A DNA stretch of 64,000 nucleotides. Origin: Octopus vulgaris. Taxonomy: Eukaryota. This document shows, in pieces, positions 24,602 to 38,680 of the stretch (the first letter of the stretch is position 1; every line of letters begins with the position of its first letter). The notes below the pieces were generated by a model that saw nothing but the letters and a program-made list of their open reading frames with translations, did no database searches and had not been told where the DNA came from. The stretch is from contig OX597838.1 of the NCBI GenBank assembly GCA_951406725.2, positions 24,180,001 to 24,244,000 on the forward strand. The letters are read 5' to 3'. Made by a program: the position numbers and the translations under genes.

Positions 24602-27583
24602 GTAAACAAAAATTTTTAATTTGCTGTCTGTCACTGGTTTGCAATTTGTTTTGTTTTCCCACGGCTAATTACTACACTTTTCATTATAACAACGTATAGT
24701 ACGAAGAACTACACACCTGCCGCGTAGAATATTTCTGTTAGCGATAAACAGGAAGATGGGGAATATTATCTCGTGTTTAAATTATCATAAACATTATAGT
24801 AGTGAAGAACTCTCGGTGATGTCCATTGTCTGGAGACATCCCGGTGCCACCAATTCCCCCCTTGTTTTATTGTCCAGCTTCCTGTATTGTTTTGGTCGTT
24901 CATCTTCCACGCTGCCCTTTAAAAAATTACGGTGCTGGCTTAGCTTATGTATTTGTATTTTTTAAAACATTAATATAGGGGAGAAAAGAGTTTTACCGAA
25001 ATCATATTTAATATATTCTCAACATACATACAAATGAACAATATTATATACATACATATATAAATATATATATATTATTGGTCACTGAAAAGGAGGGTTA
25101 AAGCTGGTGTCGAAAAACTCGAAGTTACTCCCAGATATTTCTGTTATATTATTTAATATATTCTTAATGTACAAATAAGCATTTTCTAAATACTGGTCAC
25201 CGAGGGAAGATTAACACTGATGTCAACTCGGAGTAACATCCAATTCGCTTATATATTTAATATATTCTCAACATACAAATGAGTATTATGTATGTATTGG
25301 TCACCAGGAAGAGGTAAGACTGATGTCAAGTGAAAATAACACCCAATTACTCCTGTTGTACTCTGTAAACCCAGACATACAAACACAAGATTTGCCCACC
25401 GTTTCAAAGGGTGCAAAAAAAAAAAAAAATTAAGAACTGCTTTAATTAATTTTCGACCTTTGCTGGGGTTTTTATCAGAGGTGTCTATATCATTTGACCA
25501 ATTCCAAACAAAAAAAAAGGTGCCATTCTATTTATATACATATCTAACCTAGTAGCTTCAGAGAACTGGGGGTTATTCATCTGCATGCTATTAATGTTTA
25601 ACATTTCATTAAAGGCCTTTCAACAGAGAACCCAATAGAGACATTATCAAGGTATGATATAGTATATGGAAACCTACGTAGTAGACTTTCAAAAAATGTC
25701 AGTTTTTACCTATCTCCATAAATTGCAAAAAAAAAATCTGAACAGCCTTAATTGATTTTTGGCCTTTGGGGGTCTCATCAAACGTGTCTACGTTTTTCAA
25801 GGCAGTGCTCCAGCATGGCTGCAGTCAAAATGACTGAAACAAGTAAAAGACTACAAATGAACAGCATTTTTTATATATTGATCACTTAAGAAGAAGGATG
25901 GAGACTGATGTCAAATAACTTAGTGTAACTCCCAAATGCTTCTGTTTGAAACCCCAATAAATCTTAAAATCCAAGTTTAATTGGAAGACACCATATCCTG
26001 TCTTTTATTGATAATTCTATCTTATTGTTTAGAAAGTATCTCTTTCCCTTGTTGTTTTAGAAAGTTTCTCCATTCCTGTTTCTGCTTCAATGCATTTGTT
26101 TTATATATGTCATCGTTGTCATCATTATCATCGTTTAACGTCCGCTTTCCATGCTGGCATGGGTTGGATGGTTTGACTGAGGGCTAGTGAGCCAGAAGGC
26201 TGCACCAGGCTCCAATCTGATCTGGCAGAGTTTCTACAGCTGGATGCCCTTCCTTATGCTAACCACTCCGAGGGTGTAGTGGGTGCTTTAACATGCCATT
26301 CAGGTGGTACTGGCAGCGACCATGCTCAAATGGTGCTTTTTATGTGCCACTTGCACAGGAGCCAGTCAGGCAATGCTGGCAATGACCATGCTTGAATGGT
26401 GCTTTTTACGTGCCACTGGTACAGGAGCCAGTCAGGCAGCACTGGCAACGATCATGCTTGAATGGTGCTTTTAACATTCCACTGGCACAGGTGTCAGTCA
26501 GGCGGTACTGTCATCAACCATGACAACGATTGTACTTGCCTAAACAGGTCTTCGCAAGTTTACTGCCCAATGTTTTAAGGTTACTCTTAAATGGGCTGGT
26601 TATGCAGCACTGGCATAGGCCACAGTTATGGTCTCACTTGGTTTTCCGGGTCTGCTCAAGCACAGCATATCTCCAAAGGTCTCAGTTACTTGTTATTGCC
26701 TCGGAGAGGCCCAATGTTCAAAGGTCATGCTTCACCACCTCATCCCAGGTCTTCCTGGGTCTACCTTCTCCACAGGTTCCCTCAACTGCTAGGGTGTGAC
26801 ATTTTTTCACACTGCTGTCGTCATCCATTCGCAACACGTGACCATACCAGCGCAGTCGTCTCTTTTGCACCCCTCATCTGATGCTTCTTATGTCCAACTT
26901 TTCTCTCAGGGCGCTTACTGTTGTGTATGCACACTGACATTACACATCCAGTGGAGCACACTGGTTTCATTCCCTGCAAGCTTACACATCCTCAGCAGTC
27001 ACAGCCCATGTTCCACTACCATGTAGCATGGTTGTTTGTACACATGCATCATACAGTCTACCTTTTACTCTGAGTGAGAGGCTTTTGTCACCAGCAGAGG
27101 TAGGAGCTCTCTGAACTTTGCCCAGGCTATTCTTATTCTAGCAGTTACACTTTCAGAACAGCCACCCCTGTTACTGATTTGGTCACCTAGATAACGAAAG
27201 CTATCAACTACTTGTAGTAGTTTTTTCCCGTGGAATGTGACAGAAGCTGTTCTCTGCACATTTCAGTGTTTATTGCTCCTGAGCATTTGCCACACACAAA
27301 AACTATCTTCCCAGTTAGCCTTCCTTTGATATTGCTGTATTTATATACATGAGTGAATTGGCAAAGAAAAGAAGGACACTCAACCAATATGGCTCAAAAT
27401 AGTTTAATTCAAACTGTTTTGATCCCTATATATATATGGTTGGTACTCAAGAAGACATGCCCTACACAACAGAACTGAGACCCCAAAACCAAGGTTCCAT
27501 GTAAAAAGCATTCAGTACACTCTGTAAAGTAATTAGCATCCAGGAGGGGCATCCAGCGATAGGAACTAAATTCCGTCTGACTC

Positions 27584-27614
<31 letters not shown>

Positions 27615-30002
27615 CACACATACACATGAAGGGCTTTTTTCAAATTCACTCACAAGGCTTTGGTCGGCCCAAGACTATAGTAGATGACACTTACCCAAGA
27701 TGCCATGCAGTGGGACTGAACCCAGAACTATGCGGTTAGGAAGCAAGCTTCTTACCAAACAGCCACTCCTGTGCCTATAAATATAATGGGCTTCTTCCAG
27801 TTTTCTGTCTACCAAAACCACTCGCAAGGCTTTGGTCAGCCCAAATTTTTTGTGGTTTTCAAAATTAATTGAAACAATGCCTTAGAACTGAAATATGGTA
27901 ATATAGATTTAAAATTTTGGCACAAGGCCAGCAATTTTGTGGAAGGGGCTAAGTCGATTACACTGACCCCAATGCTCAACTGATACTTGTTTTATCAACC
28001 CTGAAAGGATGAAAGGCAAAGTTGACCCTGGTGGCATTTGAACCCAGAATATAAAGATAGATGAAATGCGGCCAAGCTTTTTAGCCGTGTGTGCTAATGA
28101 TTCTGCCAGCTCACTGCCTTAAAAAGATGGATGGCAAAGTCGACTTTGGTGGAATTTGAACTCAACATAAAGACCAACAGAGTGCTACTATGCATTTTGC
28201 CTGGCATGCTAATGATTCTGCCAGCTTGCTTCCTTAAAAAGACTAAAGGTTAAGTTAACCTTGGCAGAATTTGAACTGAGAAGGCGGCAAGCTGGCAGAA
28301 ATGTTAGCATGCTGGGTGAAATGCTTATTGGTATTTCATCTGCCATTACATACTGAGTTCAAATTCTGCCGAGGTCGACTTTGCCTTTCATCCTTTCAGG
28401 GTTGATGTAATCGACTTATTACCTTTGTCTGTCCTTCTTTGTCCCCTCTGTGTTTAGCCCCTTGTGGGCAATAAAGAAATATGAATTTGGACTCAGAATG
28501 TAAAGACGGAGTGAGTGCTGCTATGCATTTTGCCTGGTGCGCTAACAATTCTACCAGCTCACTACCTTTAAATAAATGATAATATTAAAAAAAAAATTTT
28601 ATCACAATATATTTTTTATTATATAAAATTTTTTTATTGTTCTGTTTTTTTTTTTTTTATTCTTCAGGTACAAGCCGTCCAATAAGGCGCCAGCTTTACC
28701 CCCGAGACAATCCCGCAGGAAAAGGCATTGTTTGGCAATGGGAGGCTGACCAGCCTGGCAACTGGCAAATGTTTGACATGATCACGCTGTGTCTCATTGA
28801 GTCTTCCTGGTTACAAGGCTTACAGAGCGTTGATCTTAGCAAATCACCCAACATTTGTATGCCGTACTTTTTAGATTTGGCTTCCATGAAGCAGATCCGC
28901 ATTGAGACTGGTAATGCGAGGAAGATTCGCCGTACAACGTTGACGTATTTCTACCCGCTGGCCGTAGCTTCTCCCATGATGCCAGCCCTGAACATGCATT
29001 CGCCAATGTCGCAGACATCCCCGTTGGCACAGCAGCAGGTTCCCCCTTCGTTATTGCAGCAGCAACAACAACAACAGCAGCAGCAACAGTTTCAGCAACA
29101 ACAGCAGCAATCATTGCAGCAGCAGCAGCAGACATTGCAACAACAACAACAACAACAGCAGCAGACATTGCAACAACAACAGCAGACATTGCAACAACAA
29201 CAACAACAACAGACATTGCAACAACAACAACAACAGCAGACATTGCAACAACAACAACAACAGCAGCAGCATGTCCTGCAACAGCAACACCAGCACCAAC
29301 AGCAACAACAATTTATGTCTCAGTCTATGACCACAGGCCAACAACAGCTGACTTCAGGCCAAGGGAGTGAACATAACATTTCAGATGGTTCGTATCCAGG
29401 TGCAGTTAGCGGGGCACCAGCCACATCTGGTAATGCAACGGGCGCTCCCAGTATAAGACGTTCAAATAGCCAGAACAGTTTCTCGAACAAGGGCAACAAA
29501 CGGTCCCTTCCGAAATCCGCTTCAATACACACGACCCAAGGAGCGTCGCAAATGTTGGCCTCCACATTTTTTAATCCTCACGGGTTTTTAAGTTCCTCCC
29601 CGCTCGAGTCAAAGTTGGCTATCGCAAAGAAGCTGAAACTGAACAACATTGGACACAAAGTGCCTTCTGCCTCTGCTGCCATGGCAAATTCGCAACACCC
29701 TTCCGGAAATGCGACGTTGCACCCACAACCGCAGCCAGTTAGCTCCATCTGCTTGAGCCCGGGTAGCCAGTACGGCGTGAATCACCACCAGAACCCCAAC
29801 CACCAGCATCACCCGCACCACAACACCTACATGATTCCCGTAGCACCGCCACCGGCTTCTTGTCAGTTCCCCGCTCATTCGACAGGTGGGAGCTTGCCCG
29901 GAACGGGTGGCAGCGGGAAGCTGCAGAACAACGGGCTCGCAGCTCACAAGCAGCTGCTGGGCCCCCAGTTGATGGCCTCTCCCAACCTCCAATCTCCAAT
30001 GC

Positions 30003-30036
<34 letters not shown>

Positions 30037-32183
30037 GCAGCAGCAACAACAACACCCCCACCATCACCACCAACAACAACAACATCAGCATCACCATCAA
30101 CACCACCCTCAACAACAACAACAGCAGCAGCCACAGCAACAACAACACCAACAAGCACATTTCATTCCAAGCATAACGAGTAACAGTAATATTATTGTTA
30201 ACCCTAATTTAAATACTGCTGGCATGATTGGTGCTGGTAGCAGACTTGGGAATCAGACCCCTTTGTATGCTCACCCATCTCAAATGCAACTGTCACAACA
30301 CCCTCAGAGTGCTCACCACAGCGGACAGATGATGGGCCAACAGCAGCAGCCATCCATGTCTTTACAGCCTGTACACTGTCAGCCTCGTCAAGCATATTTA
30401 CCCCCGTACTCCGGCTATAGCAATGGCTTGGACCCTTTAGCTAACGGGGTCCAGCCGACAAGGGCTCTCTTTCACATGCCAGGTGCACACCAACCTTCTC
30501 TATCCAAGTAAGTTCACAAGAAATTTATAACCATTCCAAAATGTATTGAAAGGTTCTGAAAAATCTCGTTATTTGACTTAAACTGTTGTGTGTTTTTTAA
30601 AGTTTAATTTGAGAAAAATATTTTGCATTTTTAAAAAAAATATTTTGAGTGGTGCAGGCTTAGCCGCATGGCAAGAAGTTTGCTTCCCAACCAAGTTGCT
30701 TTGAGTTCAACCCCTTTATGAGGCATCTTGGGCAAGAGACTTTTATTGCAGCTCTAGAATGACTAAAGCTTTGTGAGTGGATTTGGTAGACAGAAACAGA
30801 AAAAGCCTGAAGGCGGCGAGCTGGCAGAAACGTTAGCACGCCGGGCGAAATGCTTACTGGTATTTCGTCTGTTGTTACGTTGTAAGTTCAAATTCCGCTG
30901 AGGTCAACTTTGCCTTTCATCCTTCTGGGGTCGATAAATTAAGTACCAGTTACGCACTGGGGACGATGTAATTGACTTAATACCTACGTCTGTCCTTGTT
31001 TGTCCCTTCTATGTTTAGCTCCTTGTGGGTAATAAAGAAATAGGTATTTCCTCTTTCGTCTACCGTTACGTTCCGAGTTTAAATTCAGCTGAGGTTGACT
31101 TTGCCTTTTATCCTTTCGTGGTTGATAAATTAAGTACCAGTTATGCACTGGGGTCGATGTAATCGACTTAATCCCTTTGTCTGTCCTTGTTTAGTCCCTT
31201 GTGGGCAATAAAGAAATAAGAAACTGAAAAAGCCTGTTGTATGTGTCTATATATTGTCATCCTCATTTGATGTCTGTTTTCCATGTTGGCATGGGTTGGA
31301 TGGTTTGACAGAAGTTGGCCAGCTGGGAGCTGCTCAGACTCCACTGGTCTGTTATGGCATGTTTTCTCTGGCTGGATGCCTTTCCTAATCCCAACCATTT
31401 TACAGTGGGAAGGGGTGCTTCTTACAAACCACCGGCATGAGTGCTCTTTATGTGGCATCACCACCTGTAAAAGACAAGCCTGCATTTATGGATGACGGCA
31501 ATTTTACTTAGCTTGTCATGTCTTCTCAAGTACAGCACATCACCACAACTCCTACTCCTTGTCATTTCCTCAGTGAGGCCCAGCGTCTGAAGATCCTTTC
31601 TCACCACTTCATCCTACATCTTACTAGGTCTACCCCTTCCACAGGTTCCCTCCACAGTTAATGCTCAGCACTTCTTTATGCAGCTGTCCCCATCCATAAG
31701 CATCACATGACCAAACCAGCGCATCTCTTGCACACAACATCTGATGCCTTTAATACCCAGTTTTCCTCATAAAATCATTTACACTCTGTCATGCATGCAC
31801 ACTGACATTACCCATCTGGCAGAGCATGCTCGCTTCATTTCTTTTAAGTATTCACAAGTCCTCAGTAGTCAAGGCCCATGTTTCACTGCTATGTAGCATA
31901 GCTATACATACACAGGCATCATACAGTCTGCCTTTCACTCTGAGTGAAAGACTAACAAAGGTAGAAGTTTTAAGTGTATATACTCTTTTACTTGTTTCAG
32001 TCATTTGACTGTGGCCATGCTGGAGCACCACATTTAGTCGAGCACATCGACCCCAGGACTTATTCTTTGTAAACCTAGTACTTATTCTATTGGTCTCTTT
32101 TGCCGAACTGCTAAGTTACAGGGACGTAAACACACCAGCATTGGTTGTCAAGCAATGTTGGGGGTTGGGGGGACAAACACAGA

Positions 32184-32234
<51 letters not shown>

Positions 32235-35200
32235 GACAGGCTTCTTTCAGTTTCTGTCTACCAAATCCACTCACAAGGATTTGGTTGGCCCGAGGCTATA
32301 GTAGAAGACACTTGCCCAAGGTGCCACGTAGTGGGACTGAACCCAGAACCATGTAGTTCGTAAGCAAGCTACTTACCACACAGCCACTAACATATATATA
32401 TGTGTGTGTTTGTGTCTCATTGGCTTGACATCACATGATAGTTGTAAAACAAGTGTCTCCGTCTTACAAGTGGTGTCATTTGTTTCTGTTTTTTTTATGG
32501 AAATGTGTCTGACTATGGTGGGGGAAATATTATGTTGCTTGGAAACAGGTGAGAGTTGGTGACAGGAAGGGCATCTGGCCATAGAAAATCCCCCTCCAAT
32601 AAATACCTATTTCTTTACTACCCACAAGGGGCTAAACATAGAGGGGACAAACAAGGACAGACATAGGTATTAAGTTGATTACATCGACCCCAGTGCGTAA
32701 CTGGTACTTAATTTATCGACCCCGAAAGGATGAAAGGCAAAGTCGACCTCGGCGGAATTTGAACTCACAACGCAACGGCAGACGAAATACAGCTAAGCAT
32801 TTCGCCCGGCGTGCTAGCGTTTCTGCCAGCTCGCCACCCCTCTAATAAATACCGTTTGACCCCTAGAAAGCAAACATGGAAAAGTAGACATTAAAATGAT
32901 GATGATGATGATTGGCATCAGGAATTGCATACAGCCATAGATCATTGCTTCAAGAAGTCTCATTCAACTCCAAAGCAGCTTGGAAAAACTGGACATATAA
33001 AAGCAATTATGATTTAGCTTAACACTCTCTTGTCCCTGATATTTTCATCCTTTATGCTACCCACATTAAATATGTTAACTTTAACTTGACTATTGTTTTT
33101 CATGTGGGTGGCGCCTCTGAGTATTTTATTTATTATGTAATTTAGTCTTTAAAATATCCAGTTTTTTTTCTGTGACTACTTGTGGTGCAATATCATACAT
33201 CTACTTAAGGTGGTGAGCTGGTAGAAATGTTAGCACGCTGGGTGAAATGCTTAGCCCGATTTCCGGCCCCCTAATTTCCCCCGATTGTAATGCTATGGAT
33301 TACCATGTGTGAGGCAGATTTGTGAAGGTCACTTACCACTCTGCCTGCAACATCAGGACTGAGCTGGTGGCCAAGATCAAGGAGGTATTTGAAGACCTTC
33401 CCAGGGGCACAGCAAGGAATGCATGAACTGTCTTGAGGGCAGCTACTTTGAGTAAACTGTTATCTCCCAGTCACAATCTGGTTGATACTCTTTGATTTTT
33501 TAAAATACTTGTATTTTTGGATGGGATTATTTATTTCCTTAAATCCTTAAAAATGTTTTAGCCTGAAGGCCGCGGCCATGTTTAATCTTTTTGTTCAAAC
33601 TGTCAAATTTAACCCAAACACTCTGTAGGCTTTTTTGGTTTGCAACCTTATTTCCAGAATGTGGCACCACCATGTGGAGGTCAACGTGTTGGCTCAGTCC
33701 ATTTATGAAACATTGATTGCTTCCCCATTCAAGTCTTAATCTCTTTGGTGTAGGGCTTGATTATACTCCAATATCTCTGGACTTTATCAGCTAAATATTT
33801 TATCCTGTTGGCTATTAACTTCCAGACTAGATGAAGGGTAGCAAAACGGAGACTTAGTCAGGGTAGGTGGGGTGGGGCTTCCCATCTGTCTTAAATGACC
33901 ATTCTTCTATACATGTGTAAAGGGCATCCAGCTGTAGAAACACTGCCAGATCAGACTGGAGCCTGGTGCAGCCTCCTGGCTTCCCAGACCCCGGTTGACC
34001 TGTCCAACCTGTGCTAGCACGGAAAACGGACGTTAAATGATGATGATGATGATGTGTGTGTGTGTGTGTGTGCATGTTTGGACAAAATTCTTGGAGGAAA
34101 ATGGGCCATTGTTCATGCAATTCACCCCTCTCCATGCCACCGATGTTATCTAAGGGAAAGGCCACTGACTTGGGCTAAGACAGCTTGGCATTATTCTTCT
34201 CGCAGACATTGCTGTCAGAATGCAAAGGACCAGAACAGATACAAGGCATCTTGTCTGACCCTTAAATAGCCCTGTTGCGAAGGTGCTTGGTTTAATGCTT
34301 AAAGTGATGTACTCACTATCACAAGATCATGGTTTTCATTCCCAGACTGGAGGAGGGGGTGTGCTTTGCTTTTTTGAGCCAAACATTTCATTTCCCTTTG
34401 TTCTGTGATTACTTTGATATTTGTTATAGCATGCCACACACCTGTTCAGGTAATGTTGATTTGATGGAGGGAATGAGGTAATGTACAGCACGTACATTTG
34501 ATCCCTATTAACAAACAACTCGTTAGGGTTATCTCTGTCGATTTTTCTATAGAAATAATAACCAGCACAGATTTTGTAATGACATTTTGTATCCAAGACA
34601 CCTAATGTAAACAACGAGATCAAAGATGAAAAATGGGTTTATATGTGCCACATTTCAGGAGTTCTTACTCCTTTATCAGCACCCATCCAACCCATTAACG
34701 ATCTATGAACTCGTTATTTAAACAGCCTCTAAATATAGTGGTGTGACATTATTGGATGTACCAATTTTACATATTAAAGACATTCCTGGAAGCTGGTACA
34801 TTATTAATGACTTGTAGGGATGTGATATTTCATTAGGCAATCATTATATGCTACAAAGTATATTAAACGTTTTTATAAGTCTATACTGTCTTCTACTGTG
34901 TTAGCAGTGCTCTTAAAACTACAGAGATAACCTTAAAAAGTGATTTAATAGCACTGCTGACACAGTAAAACACACTACTTACTAATAAAAACCTTTAACC
35001 TTTTCGTTACTGTATTTATTTTGAAATGCTCTGTGTTTCTTTCGATTAATTTTAGATATAACAAAGAATTTAGTAAAATAACTTAGTTATCATTAAGCTG
35101 GTGTTAAGAACATAAATTGTGTCCAAGGTTTGGTGGATGATTTTAATTCAAAACTTATGAAAACAAGACTTTTGTACTACAGAGCTGGAGCTGGTTTTAG

Positions 35201-38200
35201 GCAGGTTGGTATCAAAGGGTTAAAAATATCATGGTGACGTTAACCCTTTTATTACCATATTTCTGTTGAGATGCTCTGTGTTTCTTTCAATCACTTTAAA
35301 TATAACAAAGAATTTAGTAAAATAACTTCGTTATCATTGACCTGGTGTTAGGAACATAAATTGTTACTAAGGTTTGGTGGAAGATTTTAATTCAAAATTT
35401 ATGAAAACAAGACATTTGTACTACAGAGCCAGAGTTGGTTTCAGCCAGGTTGGTAATGAAAGGGTTAATAATCTTTGTATTATGGTTTTCAATCCTTATG
35501 CCACAAATTATGTAATACAACTTCCTCATAACAGCTATCTTTTATCATTTACTTGTTTCATGACTGAAACAACAGCCCTTGCTATTGTAGTTGGTCTTTG
35601 TTTAGAGTAACATGACTAAGAGAGCAAACGGAAGAGGGTGATTGCAGAAGATAAACTAAGATGAGATTGTGAAAGTATCTAGAACTGTGACTCCCAGCAT
35701 AGAGCTTGGGAAAATTATGGTAGGGCATGGGATCCAAATTTTTTTCCCTTTTTTTTTCTTTAGTGGGATATGTAAATGTGAAAGTTTTTTTTTCACAGCA
35801 AACATGCTACACTTATACGTTTTCCAAACCACTGGTGGAGGTATATATTTTTCTTGAAAGTTAGTGGGGCCTGGGGCAAAATAGGTTGGGAAATACTGAT
35901 CTAGAATATGAGAGAAAGAGTGACAGGATGGTAGAAGAGGGGATAACAGAAGGAAAGTGCTGTTTGGGAGTAATAGACGAGTAGAGGTAATGTGAGAGGA
36001 GCATTGATGGTAGCTACATACCTAGTGGTAGCAGAAAGAGGGAGAGTGAGTGATGGATGTCAGTTATCTGTGATTGTGGAAGAGGGGTTTTGCATAAGGA
36101 TTTGGAATATATCAAGTCTTGTAATAATCTGTTGTTACATATGTATTATGAAGGGAGAGAGAGAGAGAGAGAGAAGTAAGATGGTAAGGATAGTGGGAGG
36201 ACAATTGAATATGGGAGAGATCCATTGCTCTCCTATTTTATTTTTGTGGTGTGTTGTGGAGTGAAAAGGGGGGAGGTGAATGATGGAGTTGGGCCAGTTA
36301 GATGATGATGATGATAATAACTATGTTTATGTATTTGTTTTGCAAAATTCTTGCTGTGAAAATGTGTGTTGAAACATAATAATAATGAAATTATTGTATA
36401 CAGTGCTCAGGTGCACCACAACTTGTCAGAAAGTGTGTATAAAGCATATGCAGTAATATACAAACGTCTGGAAAGCAAACAATGTATGAATCACATACAT
36501 GCTTGTGTGTGTATGGAGGGGAGAAAATCAGGTGTAGTGTTGGCGAATCTCAGAAAGCATGGAAGTTATGAAGGATGCAGTGCTCCAACAACTAACAACT
36601 GATGCCGGCAGTTTGTTCCATACTTCAGCAACTCTCAGCGTGAAAAAAATGTTTCCGAAAGTCATGGGAGCTGTGCTGTTTTCTGACTTTGTAAATATGT
36701 CCACGGGTGTTATATGCTGCTAAGCATTTTGTCCAACATGCTAATGAGTCTGCCAGCTTGCCACCTTCGGTATAATAATAATAATACAACAATAATAATA
36801 ATAATATTAATGCATATTGTCTGAGGTCCTTGTTGTGACTTGACAAACAGTACACCCCCCACCCCCCGTAGACAATATTTTCAATCAACAACCTCATGAT
36901 ATTGTATACTGTGCAACATCTATAATAATAATAATAATAATGGTAAGAGCACTTACACAGAGTGCAAACCTCTGCCAAGGCAACACCAATGTCCCCTCAA
37001 TGATTAGCCAGAGACAATTTTTTAAAATGAGAATATCTGAAATAAACTCAACTGCTCTCACAAATGGGAATACTAAAAATGAATACAACCGCTCTCAAAG
37101 ATTAAGTAAAAAAATAGGAAAAATAATCCAGAATCATCATCCGGTACCAGATCAATCCCAAAATCTAATCAGTTCATATCGAACATCCCCGAAAGTTTCT
37201 TCCGAATCCATCCAATGGTTCTTGAGATATCTTGTCCACAGACAAACAAACTAACAAACAGGACTGAAAACAATACCTCTGCCCTCACTAAGGCAGAGGT
37301 AATAATTTCAGCACAAAAGTTTCATACAAGACAATCAATCAGCTAATGAACCAACACCTTTCTTTCCCTCTCATCCGACTGCCACTATGCCAACTGAATT
37401 GCATTCTCACAAACAGGTGCCAGTGATGGTGGTGGAGAGAAAGAGCATGCACACACATATTAGGTATTACCTTAGCTTACCTGGCAGTCAATATTCATAT
37501 TATAGTGGCTATTCTTTGTGTATTGGGCCTTAATTTAGCATGTTTGTTGAGTGGGTTGGTTTGTGTTATTATTTGTTTTGTCTTCCACACTAATTCCTTT
37601 AATACCTTTCCATCTATTTTACCATTGATGTCATTGCCCCACCTCGTCTACCCTTCCCTTCCTCGTCTCTCTTGGATATGGTCTTTGCTGATTTCTCAAA
37701 ACGTTTTTTTTTTTTTTTTTTGCTTTTTATCTTGTGGGGTAATGGTGGTGGTCATGGGTAGATTTAAATCTATTTTATTTCTATCTATCTATCCCCTCAG
37801 TCGAAATCGACTCTCGGTTACTCATTGGATCAGTGTCCTCCAGTCAGTTCTATCCTGGGCCGCTTCTTTCAGATTGGCTATGTCCATTCCGGTATCACTC
37901 TTAATGGTGTCAAGCCAGCGGGTTCTTGGTCGGCCTCTTCCTCTCTTGCCACTGACCATTCCGAGCATGATGTCCTTCTCTAGGGATTTTCTCCGCATAA
38001 TATTTACTGTGCGTTATAACCCTTTCTACTATAGGCACAAGGCCTGATGTTTGTAGGGAAGGGGACTAGTTGATTACATTGACCTCAGTACTTGACTGGT
38101 ACTTATTTAATCAACCCTGAAAAGATGAAAGGCAAAGCCAACCTTGGCAGAATTTGAACATATTCCTGAGCGTTATACTAATACATCTGTTTGTTTTGTA

Positions 38201-38239
38201 CACCACCTGTCTTCGTCTTTTGTTTTTTTTGTAAATTCT

Positions 38240-38275
<36 letters not shown>

Positions 38276-38636
38276 TCACATACACACACACATACATTCT
38301 TTTACACGTTTTAACCTAAAGGTTGTAGCCATGCTGGAGCACCGCCAATGTAATTCCTTTTCAATGTCCATTCTTATGTGATTTTTTTTTTGGTGAAGGA
38401 GGGTATTTGACATTGCTGTCCTTTTTCAGTTTCTTGCTCTGATATAGGTTCTCTGCTTGAATGGGCTACTGTGTATCTCTTCCAGGTGGTGCTATTAAAT
38501 TAGACATGGCCTGAGTCAACTCCGGCCAAACTTATCTAAGTAATATATATATATATATGTGTGTATGTATGTAAATGTATGTGTATATATATCCGTGTGT
38601 GTATATGTATGTGTGTGTATATATATATGTGTGTGT

Positions 38637-38680
<44 letters not shown>

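Noticed and set aside
26290-26520. Regularly spaced GGTGCTTTT...GTGCCAC repeats resembling a CRISPR array
   Set aside because: Degenerate subrepeats of a LINE 3' UTR found in many copies; spacers are not unique, there are no cas genes, and the context is eukaryotic.
28836-30183. Poly-V/L/A/T ORFs overlapping deltex exon 2
   Set aside because: Antisense or shifted readings of the CAA/CAG tracts.
35900-36290. Possible decayed Penelope ORF fragment on the - strand
   Set aside because: Only a vague resemblance after several assumed frameshifts, so not supportable.
38486-38539. Possible extra deltex exon (AG...GT) in intron 2
   Set aside because: Stop codons in all three frames.
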